The translations under genes were made by a program, and so were the position numbers. Shown piece after piece: positions 13,583-26,773 of a stretch of DNA of 64,000 nt; within the stretch, counting starts at the first letter, position 1; the number at the start of each line of letters is the position of its first letter. The notes beneath the pieces are model-generated. The model saw only the letters and a program-made list of their open reading frames with translations. It was not told the origin of the DNA and did not search any database. Location: assembly GCF_009834535.1 (NCBI RefSeq), contig NC_045696.1:78556001-78620000 (forward strand), read 5' to 3'. Origin of the DNA: Camelus ferus. Lineage: Eukaryota.

Positions 13583-13745
13583 AATAGCTCTGGAAGTGTG
13601 TTCCATGAACTGGCATTTTGGTATCACCCAAAAACTAGTTGGAAATGCAAAATCTCAGATCCCACTTCCGACCTACTAAATCAAAATCTCAGGGGGTGGG
13701 CACAGGAACCTGACTTTTACCAAGCTATTGTTTGAGAAGCACTTC
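13583..13745. mobile_element. MER5A
   Basis: gttggaaatgcaaaatctcagatcccacttccgacctactaaatcaaaatctcagggggtggg...tttgagaagcact. Confidence 0.8.
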
Positions 13746-13758
13746 AGTGAAAGACATA

Positions 13759-14418
13759 CAATCTATCCTCATTATTCATGGATTTTGTGTTTGTGAATTC
13801 ACTTACTTTCTAAAATGTTATCTGTATCTTGCTGTGTTTTTGTTGTCATTCAAAGATATATGTATGTGCAGAGTGGTGAAAAATGTAGAGCAGCCTATGT
13901 GCACATCCTACCCTACCCCCCCAGCTGAGGTTGAACAAAGAGACCCTCTGCATCTTGTTTAGGCTCTCATACTATAAACAAGTCTCCTCTCTTTGGTCTA
14001 TGTAGCGCCACACATTTTGCATTTTTGTGCTTTTTGTTTGTGAGTGATTTTGCTTTCCATAAGGGCCACCACATGTAGTGCTGAATTGCTGTCTAGTGTT
14101 CCTATGTGCAAGAAGCTGTCATGTGCTTTATGGAGAAAATGCATGTGTTAATAAGCTTCAATAAGTCATAAGTTAGAATGCTGTTACCCATGAGTTCAAT
14201 GTTAGTGAATCAACACTCTACATTACATAAGGTGACTTTAAACAGAAGCACACATAAAACAAGGTTATATATTGATTGATTGAGGAAAATGTGACCAGAG
14301 GCTCCCAGGAACCTAACCTTGTATTTCACCTAGAGGCAATGAGTTAGTGTTGGTTAATTGAGTATTCTAGTCAACTTTATAAAACATAACAACCAACATG
14401 AATAATGAGAGCTGACTG
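13759..14418. mobile_element. MER82-like TcMar-Tigger DNA transposon with TA TSD
   Basis: Imperfect TIRs caatctatcctcattattc / gaataatgagagctgactg flanked by TA; internal aaacagaagcacacataaaacaaggtta...accagaggctcccaggaacctaac. Confidence 0.8.
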
Positions 14419-16341
14419 TATATAAGCACTGCCTATATTAGAAATAGGAAAGAAAAGAAATCCAAAAAATTACAAAAGATAAAAACCAAATGCCATCAAC
14501 AGAATAATAAGTAATTCAATGATACATTCACATGATGAAATATAATTTAGCTGTGAAAATAATAATTAATACACATAACATAATGCAGGCAATGTATAAT
14601 TATATTAAGACTATGATATGAATGACAAACTGATATAATATTGAATAGAAAAATAGTCCCAAGAAAGGAAATTCAACATTGGATCACAAAGACCAAGAGC
14701 ATGCAAAACTAAAGAATATATTGTTTAAGGACACAAAGAAATGTGTCAAACCATGAGAGTTAAAAGCAAAGAAATGATAAACACCAATTTCAGGACAGAG
14801 TTACTGCATGACTAGGGTAAGACAGAGAAATATGCTGGAAGAGAAGTATCTACATAGATGAAAGCTGAATAGTGGGTACAAAGGTATTATAAACACAGGA
14901 AAAAAAGAAAGAATGGATGGACGGACAGATAGCATAAAAAGCCCATATGACAAATGATGACTGAATCAAAATCAAGAATTCTGATGAATCTAACTACATA
15001 TGCCAGAGTTTATAAAAAGTAATGGCAATGTTAACTTCTTAAATTTGATTCACTTTTAGTTTTCGTAAATATTTTTCTATAATGACTTGATAAAAAATTT
15101 AAAATTGAGATACAAAAATCTCAAAGCATTTTGTTTAGAATGCAAATGTGAGAATTATGAACTTGGGGTGAAATGCTGACTTGTAAATACTTTACTGAAA
15201 GATAATAACATAAATAAAGATTAATATCATTAAAGAATAATATGTTTATCTTGTGATTTACAGTTTATAAGGCTCTTCGACATATATTGCCTCGTTTAAT
15301 CTACTTTTAGGCGTTTTTTATAGACAAAGAAAAGATCTTTAAGAGGTTAAAAAATTCAAAGTACAAAAATCTAGAGCTTCAGATTTCAAATCTAGTGGTC
15401 TTTCAATTATATAACTGCAGTTATTATAGTCTTTAGTATCTATGTATGTGTCTGTAATAGTTTACAAAACACTTTGGGGTACATGTTTTAAAAACTGATT
15501 TTATATGACCTAATAATATAAAGCCTGCATAAGATGAATACTGGCTATGACAAAGCCAGAAGTAATATATGTAAATTGTTCATATAAAATTGTAGTAATT
15601 CACAAGGTCATTATTTTCCCCATCCAATGACTACAGTCTTACCACAATGAAACCACCACTGTTCCCACTATTATACTTTCTCTTTTCCAATATTTTTAAA
15701 TCATCAAAAATTTCATTAGCCATGGGAACTTCAACTGAGTGAAGAGCACTTGAAGAGATCTTCACAACTGGTCAATTACTGAGAGTGAACTTTCAACTGT
15801 AAGTGTTTCATATGTGGTCTAAATCTAAGATCAGCTTTAAAAACCAAAGTGGCTATCAACTTGATCAAATAATTAGCACACACTTATCTAGTCCATCTTA
15901 ATGCAAATACATTGCTTTGAAGACATTCAGCATGACCAGACAATTGCAATTCAATAATATTAAAGGAAATTTAAATTTCTGTCTGAATTAAAATCAGCAA
16001 ACTAGAGAGTAAAGAGCCATCTAATATTTTTCATTTCTTCTTTTTCTAGGAGGTTGTCTGTGGACACTTGAATTTACTGTGCTAAATAATATTGTTCTAA
16101 GTAAGAGCCTCTGTAAATTGCTGAAAACATTGGAACACAAAATGAAACTCAGTAGATTTACTGAAAATATTTTTTTTCCTTCACTTAACATAGTTATACA
16201 ATGTGTCAATTATCTAGTCACTTAGAATGCTCGGGAAGAAAGAAACAACTTTCTCTATAGAGAATCAGTTGGCTTTCATAATACTCAGAGAATATTTGCA
16301 AAATAGCACCGCTACAGCTGCAAGGTTAAATCCATTAATTT

Positions 16342-16492
16342 ATTGGGAACAGAACAGGCTGTTCTGGTTGGCTGTTGCAAAAATTGCTTTTTGCACTTGT
16401 CTTTTCCACCATCAAGTATTTGCTGCGAGCACACAATTACTGCAGCAAAGCCTATGTTGCCAAGAGAGGAACCTTATTTAACATGGAAAGTG
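16342..16492 (+). CDS. Putative peptide-precursor exon A: frameshifted signal-peptide remnant; intact frame from ATG 16454 (MLPREEPYLTWKV), phase-0 donor
   Basis: Donor AAAGTG|gtgagc; 92-nt intron to exon B; upstream hydrophobic WLLQKLLFALVFSTI lies in another frame and starts at ATT 16342. Confidence 0.55.
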
Positions 16493-16584
16493 GTGAGCAC
16501 TTCACTTTCTGAAAATGAAAAAAAATTAATCTTGAAAAGCTTCCTAATTAACATTTATTTTTTCTTTCACCAGTTGTTTCATAG

Positions 16585-16673
16585 GATCAAGTAGACGATG
16601 GCAATTCAGATGAGGTTAACCAGATGAACCCATTTCTGCAGCTGCTCTGGAGTGCAAATGTCATTCCTAAGCG
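16585..16673 (+). CDS. Exon B (89 nt, phase 0->2): DQVDDGNSDEVNQMNPFLQLLWSANVIPK(R)
   Basis: tttttctttcaccagttgtttcatag|GAT...AAGCG|gtctgt; open and in frame with exons A and C. Confidence 0.6.
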
Positions 16674-17979
16674 GTCTGTCTTCCTAAGTAGAAATAATCT
16701 CAAAACTTCCTTAGGTATTTTTCCCCTAAAGACTAATTTAAAAATAGAACACTTATTCCCAAAAGTCACTAAATGTACAAACCATCCCTTGAAGTTCACA
16801 TTAGATACTCAAAAGCTACCGTGTAAGAAAGGTATAGCAAATTCACAGCATTTTTATGAATTCCTAGCAAAACTCATTAAAACAAGAAAGGAGTAGACCA
16901 AAACCTAAATCACATCTTGAAAATGAACTGCATTCAGCCAAATATTGATAATGCATATAACCTATAATATAAGTAGGCTGAGAAACTTTTTCCTGCCCAG
17001 GACTACTAAATCACAGGAAAAAAACATTAATGAGAACACTCACTTTTTTTTTTAATTTGAGAATTCATAAAATGTTGACTTTGTTAAAAAGGAATGAAGT
17101 CATTTATAAACATAAATAATAACATACATTGATGTATTACATTCAGGTCATGGAGTAAATTTGGAGGTGAGAGGAGAAAGTCAGACAAAATAGCGTAGAC
17201 AACAAAAGTGAGTGAAAGTAGAGAGGAAGTAAAAAGGGAGAGATAAATGAAATGCGAAAAAACAAACCCTTGTTCTGTATCAGCCCAAACATTTGCCTCC
17301 TCCTATACATCCTGGGTCCCAGTAGAAAGGCAGATAAGTTACTTAAAGGGAAGACTTTGAGTTTTTCTATATAAAGCAAATATTCAAAAATATTTTCAGT
17401 ATTATGTTGGCAATTCTTTAAAAGTACAAAAGCCACATAAATATACTGGGGGATGGGAGGGTAGTTGGGTAAGAGTGAGACATTTTCCCTTGAAACAAAG
17501 ACATTCATTGCTACAATATTTGTACATTTTCAGTACCAACAATACAAAGCATTTTTGAGCCTTGGTTTGGAATGCCATCTTTCTACCTTTTTAAGTTGCC
17601 AACTTTCTATTATTCCTTCAAGGCCCAAGTCAAATATATTCGCACCCATGAAGCTAACCCAGATCCCCAAAGTCTAAATTAAATGTTTCTTCTTCCAAAT
17701 TCCCATAATATTTATTTTTATTTCTATTATGAAATTGAAATTGTATTACAGTTAAACAGTGAGTTTCTTGAAGGAAGATGATGTCATTTACCTAGGTGCC
17801 CCAACACTTTGAACAATTCCTTATATAGTGTGGGCATGTAAAACATATTTGGTGATCTATGCTCCAAATTCCTCCAGCAGAAAGTATTCTATTTAACTAA
17901 TTGTCATATGTCAAAATATCTCCTTATCTTTCATGAAAAAAATAAAAATCCACACACCAGTGACTTAGACTGACCATCT

Positions 17980-18180
17980 GGTATAGGGATAGGGAGTTAA
18001 GAGGTACAAACTATTACATATAAAACAAGCTGTAAGGATATATTGTACAACACAGTGAACACAGCCAATATTTTATGATAACTATAGATGGAGCATAACT
18101 TTTAAAAACTGTGAATCACTGTATTGTATACCTCTAACATATAATATTGTACATTAACCATACTTCAAGTTTTAAAAAAT
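17980..18180 (+). mobile_element. Short L1 3'UTR fragment (cetartiodactyl type)
   Basis: gaggtacaaactattacatataaaacaagctgtaaggatatattgtacaacacag...aaccatacttcaa. Confidence 0.8.
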
Positions 18181-18199
18181 GGCCTCCCTGACACAAAAA

Positions 18200-18980
18200 A
18201 TTAAATTTCAAAAGATGTGCAAAAACATATAAAAAGTTGATCAATGTTATTAGGCATCAAGAAAAAAAAATAACTATTCAGCTAAGATTAAAAATTCTGA
18301 AAACAAGTGTTTACAAGAACTGTTGTGACTGGGACTATCATATATTGTTGAGGAGTACGTAAATTGGAACACCCACTTTGGAACACTTGCTGGTGTCTGC
18401 TAAAGCTGAAAATATGCATATTATATAACCTAGAATTTGCACTCTAGGTGTATATCCTGCAACACTCATGAAAATACTCACTAAAAGATATGTGTACAAA
18501 TATCCAGAGCAATATTTTTCACAGAAACAATCTGATGGCTGTCAGTAAGATGAATAAACGATATATTCTTTCAATGTAATATTATACAGTAATGAAAACA
18601 AATGAACTATTGATCCAGAAGAAATATCAATGAGTCTCAGAAACATAGCTTTGAATGAAAAAAGCTGGACACAAAAAACACATACTATATGGTTCATTTT
18701 TATAATGTTCAGTAAAGGCCAAATCTAATCTATGATGTTAGAAATCAGGATGATGGCCACATTTGGGAAGAATGGAGGGTATCTGGAGTAATGATAATAT
18801 TCTACTTTCTGACTTTTCTGATGGGTGGAGAATTCATGGTGCAACTTTTACTCTGAAAAAAAAAAAGATCAATTTCTACTCTGAAAGAAAAAACCTCTGA
18901 AAAAATTAACATTTTTAATTGCCACTTTTTCTATATATATATGTCAAAATTCAATAAAATGCTTAATTTTTTTAAAAAAG
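18200..18980 (+). mobile_element. Old L1ME/MD-type 3' region
   Basis: aaattggaacacccactttggaa; aatctaatctatgatgttagaaatcaggat. Confidence 0.7.
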
Positions 18981-19109
18981 TTAATTTTCTGTCTATAAAA
19001 GCAGAATATATGTGGCAATTCAGATAATAATTTATATACTTTCTCATTAATTGCAAAAGAGTGTAGGAAAGACATATAAATTCCTTGCATAGTGTTGCTT
19101 ATCAAAATA

Positions 19110-19300
19110 CAGAATATTAGAGTCTGAAGGAGCCATAGAAATTATCTGCCCCAAATTCAAGAGTGGGAACTAAAAGAAAAGATATAGGAAAGAAACTGAG
19201 GCCCAAAGGGGTTATCTTTCCTAAAACCAGTCGTTAGCTAGATACAGAGCTAAAGCAAGAACGTAGATTCCTGCTTCCATGTCTAACGAGTTCCCTCTAC
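19110..19300 (-). mobile_element. MIR remnant
   Basis: agaaactgaggcccaaagggg MIR core. Confidence 0.55.
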
Positions 19301-20431
19301 CTTGGAAATTCAGAATTATCCTTTCATAACCACAGGGCTGTTTGTTTTTATTTTTTATTGTTAGCAGAAAATCTCTACATTAACTCATAATAATTCCAAG
19401 GAAAATCCTTTTCCCTTAATTTGTGGATCAACCAGTTTTAATTTCCTTTTTCCTTCCCAAGTCTGCAGAGAAGTGCTGCATAAATGTTTCAGGCAGGGAT
19501 ACAATTTCCACAAGACTGAGCTTAGAGTCTACCTTGAAATGAAAAATGGTGCTGATATTTAGAAAATGAAAAATAGTGAGCTATCCTTGTGGCTCAGCAA
19601 CCGAACGTTCCACTATGGCACAAGTTGCTTGCTATGCTGTAAGTTTTTCCATCGTAAGTTCTGAAAGACAGAATGAAGACCTGAGGGGCTTTGTTGGTTC
19701 CAGTGATCTATCAAGTAACTACAGGAGCTGAAAAATTTGCATCGTTGGGCATGTATAATGCCAGATACATTCAACCCAGTGAGACAGTAAATCAATATCC
19801 CCCTTAAATTATGAGACAAAGCATCAAGTGCAGGGCAAAGTACCTGCCAGAGATACTAGCACCAAACAGAATTATCATCCAACCCAAATATCAGAAACTG
19901 AACATTAAGACCATTAAAATGGCCACTGTGACACACTGAATGTACAACATGCAAAACATATGCAGGTATACACATTTAAAACCACATACAGTATTTAGCT
20001 GATGATGCCAAAAAAAGGCACTGTATTTTAACATAATGTTTAAAATAAAGTATTTATGATCATATCAATTAAAGCTAGTTATTTTAAAAAAATCATTAAT
20101 TTCCTGTTGGTATGAGACTATGCTTCCAAAAATCCCATAAAAAGATTCTTATAGCTTGTGATTTATGTACTGACAAAGTCTTAGAGTCAACATGAGACTA
20201 TTTGCTTAACCACAATCTGCCTATATTATGTGCAATATGTCGTGGCTACAGGAATATGTAATGGAAGACTATAAATTTTTTTTACAATAAAATAATTTAG
20301 AGGTCTAAAGAAGATGCATCATTTTATTAATCACTTAAACTTATATATTGCATATATTTTTTCATTTAATTAAAACTATTTTTGATTTTATAATATTTTC
20401 TAAGCAGTTGTATAGCTTTTCCTTGTCATAG

Positions 20432-20481
20432 GTCAGAGGCGTTGGCAGAATTGCAGTTGGCCAAGAAATACAGTGAATATG
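20432..20481 (+). CDS. Exon C (50 nt, phase 2->1): (R)SEALAELQLAKKYSEY
   Basis: cttttccttgtcatag|GTCAGAG...GAATATG|gtatgc; completes the KR codon pair begun in exon B. Confidence 0.6.
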
Positions 20482-21639
20482 GTATGCTAAAGTCTATTAC
20501 TTTTCAGTATTATTTTCACAACTGGATGAATTTTGTCTTCCAAACACACACATCTATAAAGATTTAAATCCATTTCATCTTATTTGTTCTTCAAAAGGAC
20601 TTTGGGACAACTTCAATGGGAAAACATGGTTTTCTCCAATGATGCAATACTCTATTTAGAAAGACATTTTCACTTTTTCAAAGTAAATTTATAACAGCTG
20701 TTTTTAAAGGCACCTGAATATATTTTTTAAATAATAGTAATTTACATTAAAATGATACTTTGTAAGCAATTATTATTATATTATCTAATGTTAAAATTTG
20801 CTATAGAAAAGCAACTACATAATAGCAATATGGCTTTCCATCAAAACTTCTCTTGCAGCACTATATGAGTGAAATCTATGTAAACATATGGATGTCAGTA
20901 CATAACAAATACAGAGTCATGTATAAGATTACGAATATTGTAGCATGAAGAATTTCAAGGGGTACCACTTACTTCCTAGTTTCTATGAATGGCCTAACTG
21001 TAATAATGAGACCATACTCAACATGGCCATATATAAACATCATAGCAAATAATTTAAATGCAATAAGAATGACATAGCCATGCTAAATTTTCCAGAAAGG
21101 GAATTTCTGCACATTTAGCATAAAACTGGTATTTTCTGATTGTTTTTGTGTGGACCAGCTCATCATAATAAATGTTTTCATTTATCTATTCCCAATTTTT
21201 CTTTCAACAGGATTGCTTTTATTAACTCCAGTCAAGTTCTCTTGACTCACTTATCTCACTTTTGGGGCAAATATTCCTTTGCAACTCAGTGGGCCTCAGG
21301 ACATAAACACATTTCTGCAAAATAATTGATATTTTTAATAACCATGAGTCAGCTAGAAAAGGTTAAATTATTTTTTAAGCTTTCTGATTAATAAGGAAAG
21401 TAACTTTGTTATAAAGTTGTTCAAAGTTTTCTCCTATGGGTCCTCCTAAAGAAAAAAACTATAATTTAGATTATATCCTTAATAACATTTTTATGATAAA
21501 TATAGAAGCAAATTTCATACTTCTTATATTCCTCATTTCAAGCTGAGATAATAAGACCTAGGAGTTCAGTAAAAGTGTTTCTAAAAGAACATAGCTTTAT
21601 CTGAGCTAAAGCTTTAAATAATATTAACTATAAAATAAT

Positions 21640-21790
21640 AATCACAACTGACAGCACATACTGAGTGTTTAGTATATATAAAGTACTATGCTAGAAGCTT
21701 TAGATAAATTAACTTCTTTAATCTTCAAAATAACTCTGGAATTTTAAAAAAATTTTCATCCCCATAGTAGAGATGAAGACACTGAGGGTT
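21640..21790 (-). mobile_element. MIR remnant
   Basis: ttcatccccatagtagagatgaagacactgagg. Confidence 0.6.
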
Positions 21791-22039
21791 GCTCTGCGAC
21801 TGAGCAACAGCCTGTGTCATACTAATCGTTATGTCTTTGTTACCTACCCACTTGGGGGAGAAGCAGTACAAACATCGTCAAGAGACGCCAGGCTACTTGT
21901 GGGGACTTCACATGCCCCCAACATTTATATATATCCCGTCTAAGCTGGGTTCCTCCTGATTCTGCCACCACAGTGAAGAGCTACTAATTGGAAAGGGTTC
22001 TGTTTCTCCAATGTGTCAGTTAAGAAAAAAGTTTAAATC

Positions 22040-23295
22040 ATTTTCCCAGAGATGTACAGATGGACATCAGACAGGTGAAAAGGTGCTCAACATTACTAGT
22101 CATCAGGAAAATGCAAATCAAAACCACAATGGGATATCACTTCATATCTGTCAGAATGGCTATCATCAAAGAGATAACAAATAACAAGCGCTGGCCAGGA
22201 TGTGGAGAAAAGGGAACCCTTGTGCACTGCTGGCGGGAAGGTAAATTGGTACAGTCACTATGGAAAACAGTATGGAGATTCCTCAAAAAATTAAAAAATA
22301 GAACTACCATATGATCAGGCAATTCCATTCCTGGGCATCCAAAGAAAACACAAACACTAATTTGAAAAGACATATGCACCCTTATGTTCATTGTAGTATT
22401 ATTCACAATAGCCAAGATACAGAAGCAACCCAAGTGTGCATCCATAGATGGATGGAAAATGAAGATGGCGTATATTCATACATTCATATATATTATTCAG
22501 CCATAAAAATAATAAAATCTTGCCATTTATGACAACATGGATGAACCTAGAGGGTTTCATGCTAAGTGAAATAAGTTAGAGAAAATACTATATGATTTCA
22601 GTTATATGCGGAATCTAAAAAACAAAACACATGAACAAACACAACAAAACAGGAACAGAGTTATAGACACAGAGAACAAACAGATAGTTGCCAGAGGGGA
22701 GGAAGATAGGGGGAGGAGAGAAATAGTTGAGGGAGACTATGAAGTACAAGCTTCCAATTGCAAAATAAAGGAGTCACCCATATAAAATGCAGAGTGTGGA
22801 GCCTATACTCAATAGTTGTATGTTTGTATGGTGACAGAGGGTAAGTACAATTATTATGGTGGTCACTTTGAAATGTATAGAAATATCGAATTACTATGTT
22901 GTATACTAGGAACAAACAAACAAACTCATAGAAAAAGATCACATTTGTGGCTACCAGAGGTGAGGGCGGCAGGAGAGGAAGGGAGTCAAAATGTCCAAAC
23001 TTCCAGGTATAAGATAAATAAGTATTAGGGATGTAATGTACAACATGATAAATATAAACAACACTGCTAAATTTTATATATGAAAGTTTAAGACAGTAAA
23101 TCCTAAGAGTTCTTATCACAAGGAAAAACATTTTTTTCTACTTCTTTAAGTCTGTATATATATGAAATGATGGGTGTTCACTAACCTTATTGTGGTAATC
23201 ATTTTATAATATATGTAAGTTAAATCATTATGCTGTACACCTTAAAGTTATACAATGCTGTATGTCACTTGTATCTCAATAAAACTGGGAAAAGA
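22040..23295 (+). mobile_element. L1 ORF2 3' end and 3'UTR (composite of two 3'UTR pieces)
   Basis: ORF 22060 ([10 protein letters not shown]...[11 protein letters not shown]) is the L1 ORF2 C-terminus; ends tatctcaataaaactggg. Confidence 0.9.
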
Positions 23296-23610
23296 TCATT
23301 GAAAGTATTTTGTGATTTTATTAACACAGACTAATCCTTATAAAGCAAAAAAAAAAAAAAAAAATTTAAAAAGAAAAATTTAAATCAGCACCAAAACCCC
23401 TGAAATAGTAATAAACTGCATATCCTTTAAATAATTGTCCTTTAATATTAATTATAAAAATAACCTGTTCACAAAAGTTAGCCAATTAAGAGTTAAGTTG
23501 TAATATGTTTCAATAATGCAATATAATATTCTGTTCTATTGATGAAAAATCAAGTGAGTGGACTCTGGGGTTGACATTAAAGACTTTTAATCTATACCCA
23601 TCCTGAACAG

Positions 23611-23670
23611 ATGTCACGCAAGGAAATAATGATGGAGAAGGCCAAGATTTTCCTCAGCAAATAATTATAG
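23611..23670 (+). CDS. Exon D (60 nt, phase 1->1): (D)VTQGNNDGEGQDFPQQIII
   Basis: cccatcctgaacag|ATGTC...ATTATAG|gtaagt (consensus donor); open in the frame inherited from exon C. Confidence 0.6.
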
Positions 23671-24839
23671 GTAAGTTACAACTACAAACAAATGAACAAT
23701 TTAGGTACCAAATACCTTAATGAAGCTAAATCTTTTCATTTAAGCATACTTAATTGAGACCGAGACCTCCATGCATGTAAAGGCTACAATTTTCCCCATC
23801 AAACAACCATCAATAATGATACACCAATTTTGCCCTGCCCATAACTGTTTCAATATTGATTTTCCTGACAACTCTAAATAATGCTTTCCTATTAATAACT
23901 CAAAAGAAATTAGAGGCTCAAACATAATATTTCTTTTAAGATAGCCAATTATATTTGCAAAAAGGTCCCTGGGACAAAGGCTTTTTATTTTACACAGATT
24001 ATTATTGCCCTTGCTCCAAAAATGAATATGCTTTCTTGGCCCTGATAATAAGGCAAAAATTATATTTCTCTTGCTTATTAAAAATATAATGTGTTTTCTT
24101 ATTAATTGAACTGTGCTGAGGCAAATGACTATTCATTTCAGAATAATTTCTTATGATGAAGGCAGAAAGAATTAAAAATATCCAGTAATTATCTTTTAAA
24201 ATTACATATGATAAATCATTCTTTCATGTCCTCAGAGATGCAGCATATTGTTAAAGTGAGAATAAAGAGCTTTTCTAACTAATATTCAGAACCTATCTAC
24301 ACACTGTTAACAAATATTATGATTTTTGAACAAATCACTTTATATCTTGGTGACAACTTTCTGTTTTTAATGAATATAAATAAGAACAACTTTCTAATGC
24401 AAAAAATAACCAATCATAAAATATCTTAAAATTCTGTAAGAAAAAATAAACTTAATGCATCTATTAACATTGAATAAGTTAAACTTATTCAGTGATAATT
24501 GCATTCTGTCAGTCAAAAAGAATAGCAAAAACCATTGAAGAATTCCAGGCACCTATTAGCTCAATTAATTTCACAAATGTAATCATTTAAATAAACTTTC
24601 CATCTGTTAATATTTTTGAAAATAATTAAATTTTTCTATTATAAATATATACTTAAATATAAAACTGGAAATATTCTAGAAAAGAAGCTACCTATTACAT
24701 TTCTTATGTTCTACAACATACAGCTGGCATTCTTCTAGCATTTTTTAAGTGAAAATGTTTATTATATTCTGTATGTCCAGCTACTTAACATTCATTTCAA
24801 AATCCTGTCTCAAAGAACATAAACTGAATACAAACTGTT

Positions 24840-25545
24840 TCAAACAGAACTCCAGAGGTAAACAGAGGACACACCAAAAGGAGATGAGGGCAGAATAAGG
24901 AAACCCACAGTGCAGCACACAAGGACTATAGACAATAGGAAGCCCTCGAGTCTTAAAGGGGTCAAGGAGAGTGGGTAGTATTACCGGAATCTAGTTAATA
25001 ATGGGAGCTGTTAATGATACTATATATAGAAAACTCTAAAGGCTCCACACAAAAACTACTAGAGCTGAGAAAAGAATTCAGCAAGGCAGGAGGATACAAG
25101 ATTAATAGACAGAAATCAATTGCATTTCTTTACACTAACAATGAAATATCGGAAAAGGAAGTAAAGAAGCAATCCCTTTTAAGATCACATCTAAAAAAAT
25201 AAAATACTTAGGAATGAATCTCACCAAGGAAGGGAAAGACTTATTTGTGGAGAACTACAAAACACTAACAAAAGAAATTAAAGGTGACTTAAAGAGATGG
25301 AAAGATATCCCATGTTCTTGGATTGGAAGAATTAATATTCTTAAAATGGCCATACTACTCCAAGCAATCTACAGATTTAATGTGATCCCTATCAAATTAC
25401 CTAGGACATTTTTCACAGAACTAGAACAAATAATCCTAAAATTTATATGGAATCATAAAAGACCCAGAATTGCTAAAGAAATACTAAGGAAAAAGAACAA
25501 AATTGGAGGCATATCCCTCCCAGACTTCAGACTACACTACTGCAA
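24840..25545 (+). mobile_element. Young L1 fragment: probable 5'UTR piece fused to an ORF2 segment, no 3'UTR or A-tail
   Basis: ORFs 25014 and 25214 are L1 ORF2 (MILYIEN...[14 protein letters not shown]...PDFRLHY); L1 similarity stops at ~25540. Confidence 0.85.
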
Positions 25546-25860
25546 CTCATATTAAATTATATGAATTATTCTATTTTTTAATTTACATCAAGGTTACATT
25601 ATAATCAATTTTTATTAAAAGTTATTGAGATTTTAATAATTTAATTTGACAGAGTATTCAGTCATATTCAGTCAACAGAGAATACACCTTGATTATTTGC
25701 TGTTTATCAAAGCATGTCATCATTAACTTCTCACTGTGTAATATTTACAGAATTTTCTTTAGTATCATATGAGATAAGTTCAGAATCATCTTTGATAGGA
25801 TACCTACTGAGATTTATCTAGCTTAAGGTGGCACTATAAAATAAATACAATGATTCTCTA

Positions 25861-25887
25861 ACAACAACAACAACAACAACAACAACA
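25861..25887. repeat. (AAC)n microsatellite
   Basis: Direct reading. Confidence 0.95.
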
Positions 25888-26675
25888 AAACATCTTAAAT
25901 GACTATTGTAACTATTCTAAATATTTATACAGGAATCTAAAAACTTAGCTTTTGTAAGTTACATTACATTTGTTAGCTACCTTATTTTACAATGTCTTTA
26001 TAGATACTGTGAATTCCTTTTATATCCCATCACTTTCAGATTTCAAAAAATAATACGCATGCAGTCAATCAATGCAGTAGTAATTTTGGTCAAAAATAAA
26101 GTGAAGATAGAATCATAAAATAAGTAATTATACTATAAGGCTCATGAACTGGTCCTGGAATCAATTCAAAAAGTAAGAAGTCTCAATCAAAAAGATTTGA
26201 GCCATAGGAACAATAATGGAATAGAGGAGCAGCTTCTCAATTTGAGTCTTTTAAAGGAAAACTCTTGTTTAGATGCACATTTTTGACATACTTACTAAAA
26301 TATTAGGATTTTTTTTTTGCTATATCTCATATATTTGATGGGGTTCTTCTAGTTATTTCTTAAGAATAATTATAGCACTTGAGAAAAAGAAACCTCTCTA
26401 GCAGTGCCAAGTTAGCACTTTCCAATTCATTACCAGACAACAAGATTCTTAATTAATTTTAGGATGGTCATTGATTTAACTATCATAATCTCTGATTAAT
26501 CTTGATTTAAAAAATCAGGAAATAACAAATAGCTTTGAAAAGGTAAATGCTCTTTATACATTTTTACTTCTGCTTGTGAAATTTTCTCTTATTGCGATAA
26601 TAGTTATTGGGCATCCATGTCTACTAACTTTACAGAAACTGTGCCACTGACTAAGACATTGACGATGTTTTACAG

Positions 26676-26773
26676 TTTATCAAAAGTATGGCAGAGAATA
26701 CTGCAAAAGAAATGGTTTGAACATTTTTTCCTCTTCTGCATGCCAAAGGGAATTTGGCCAAAGACATAAATGA
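26676..26773 (+). CDS. Candidate terminal exon E (phase 1): (V)YQKYGREYCKRNGLNIFSSSACQREFGQRHK*
   Basis: cactgac branch-like site ~25 nt upstream, tgttttacag acceptor, open to TGA 26771-26773, AATAAA at 26855 and 27001; an alternative acceptor at 26635 is also open. Confidence 0.4.

Larger units (their letters stand above)
11300..14960 (+). mobile_element. Old L1 (ORF1/ORF2/3'UTR remnants) hosting nested younger elements
   Basis: A-rich ORF1-like (aaatagaaattctagaattaaaaatacaataa), ORF2 start-like (agagataaagagggt) and 3'-region remnants on both sides of the inserts. Confidence 0.7.

Noticed and set aside
21211..21325. Strong + strand acceptor (tttttctttcaacag) between exons C and D
   Set aside because: The phase-1 frame stops after ~11 codons and there is no good donor; not included in the gene model
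16585..26773. Assignment to urotensin/URP, tachykinin, NMU, CART, PTH or astacin families
   Set aside because: Diagnostic motifs are absent (CFWKYC, FxGLM, FRPRN, CART Cys knot, HExxH); resemblances are only a few residues
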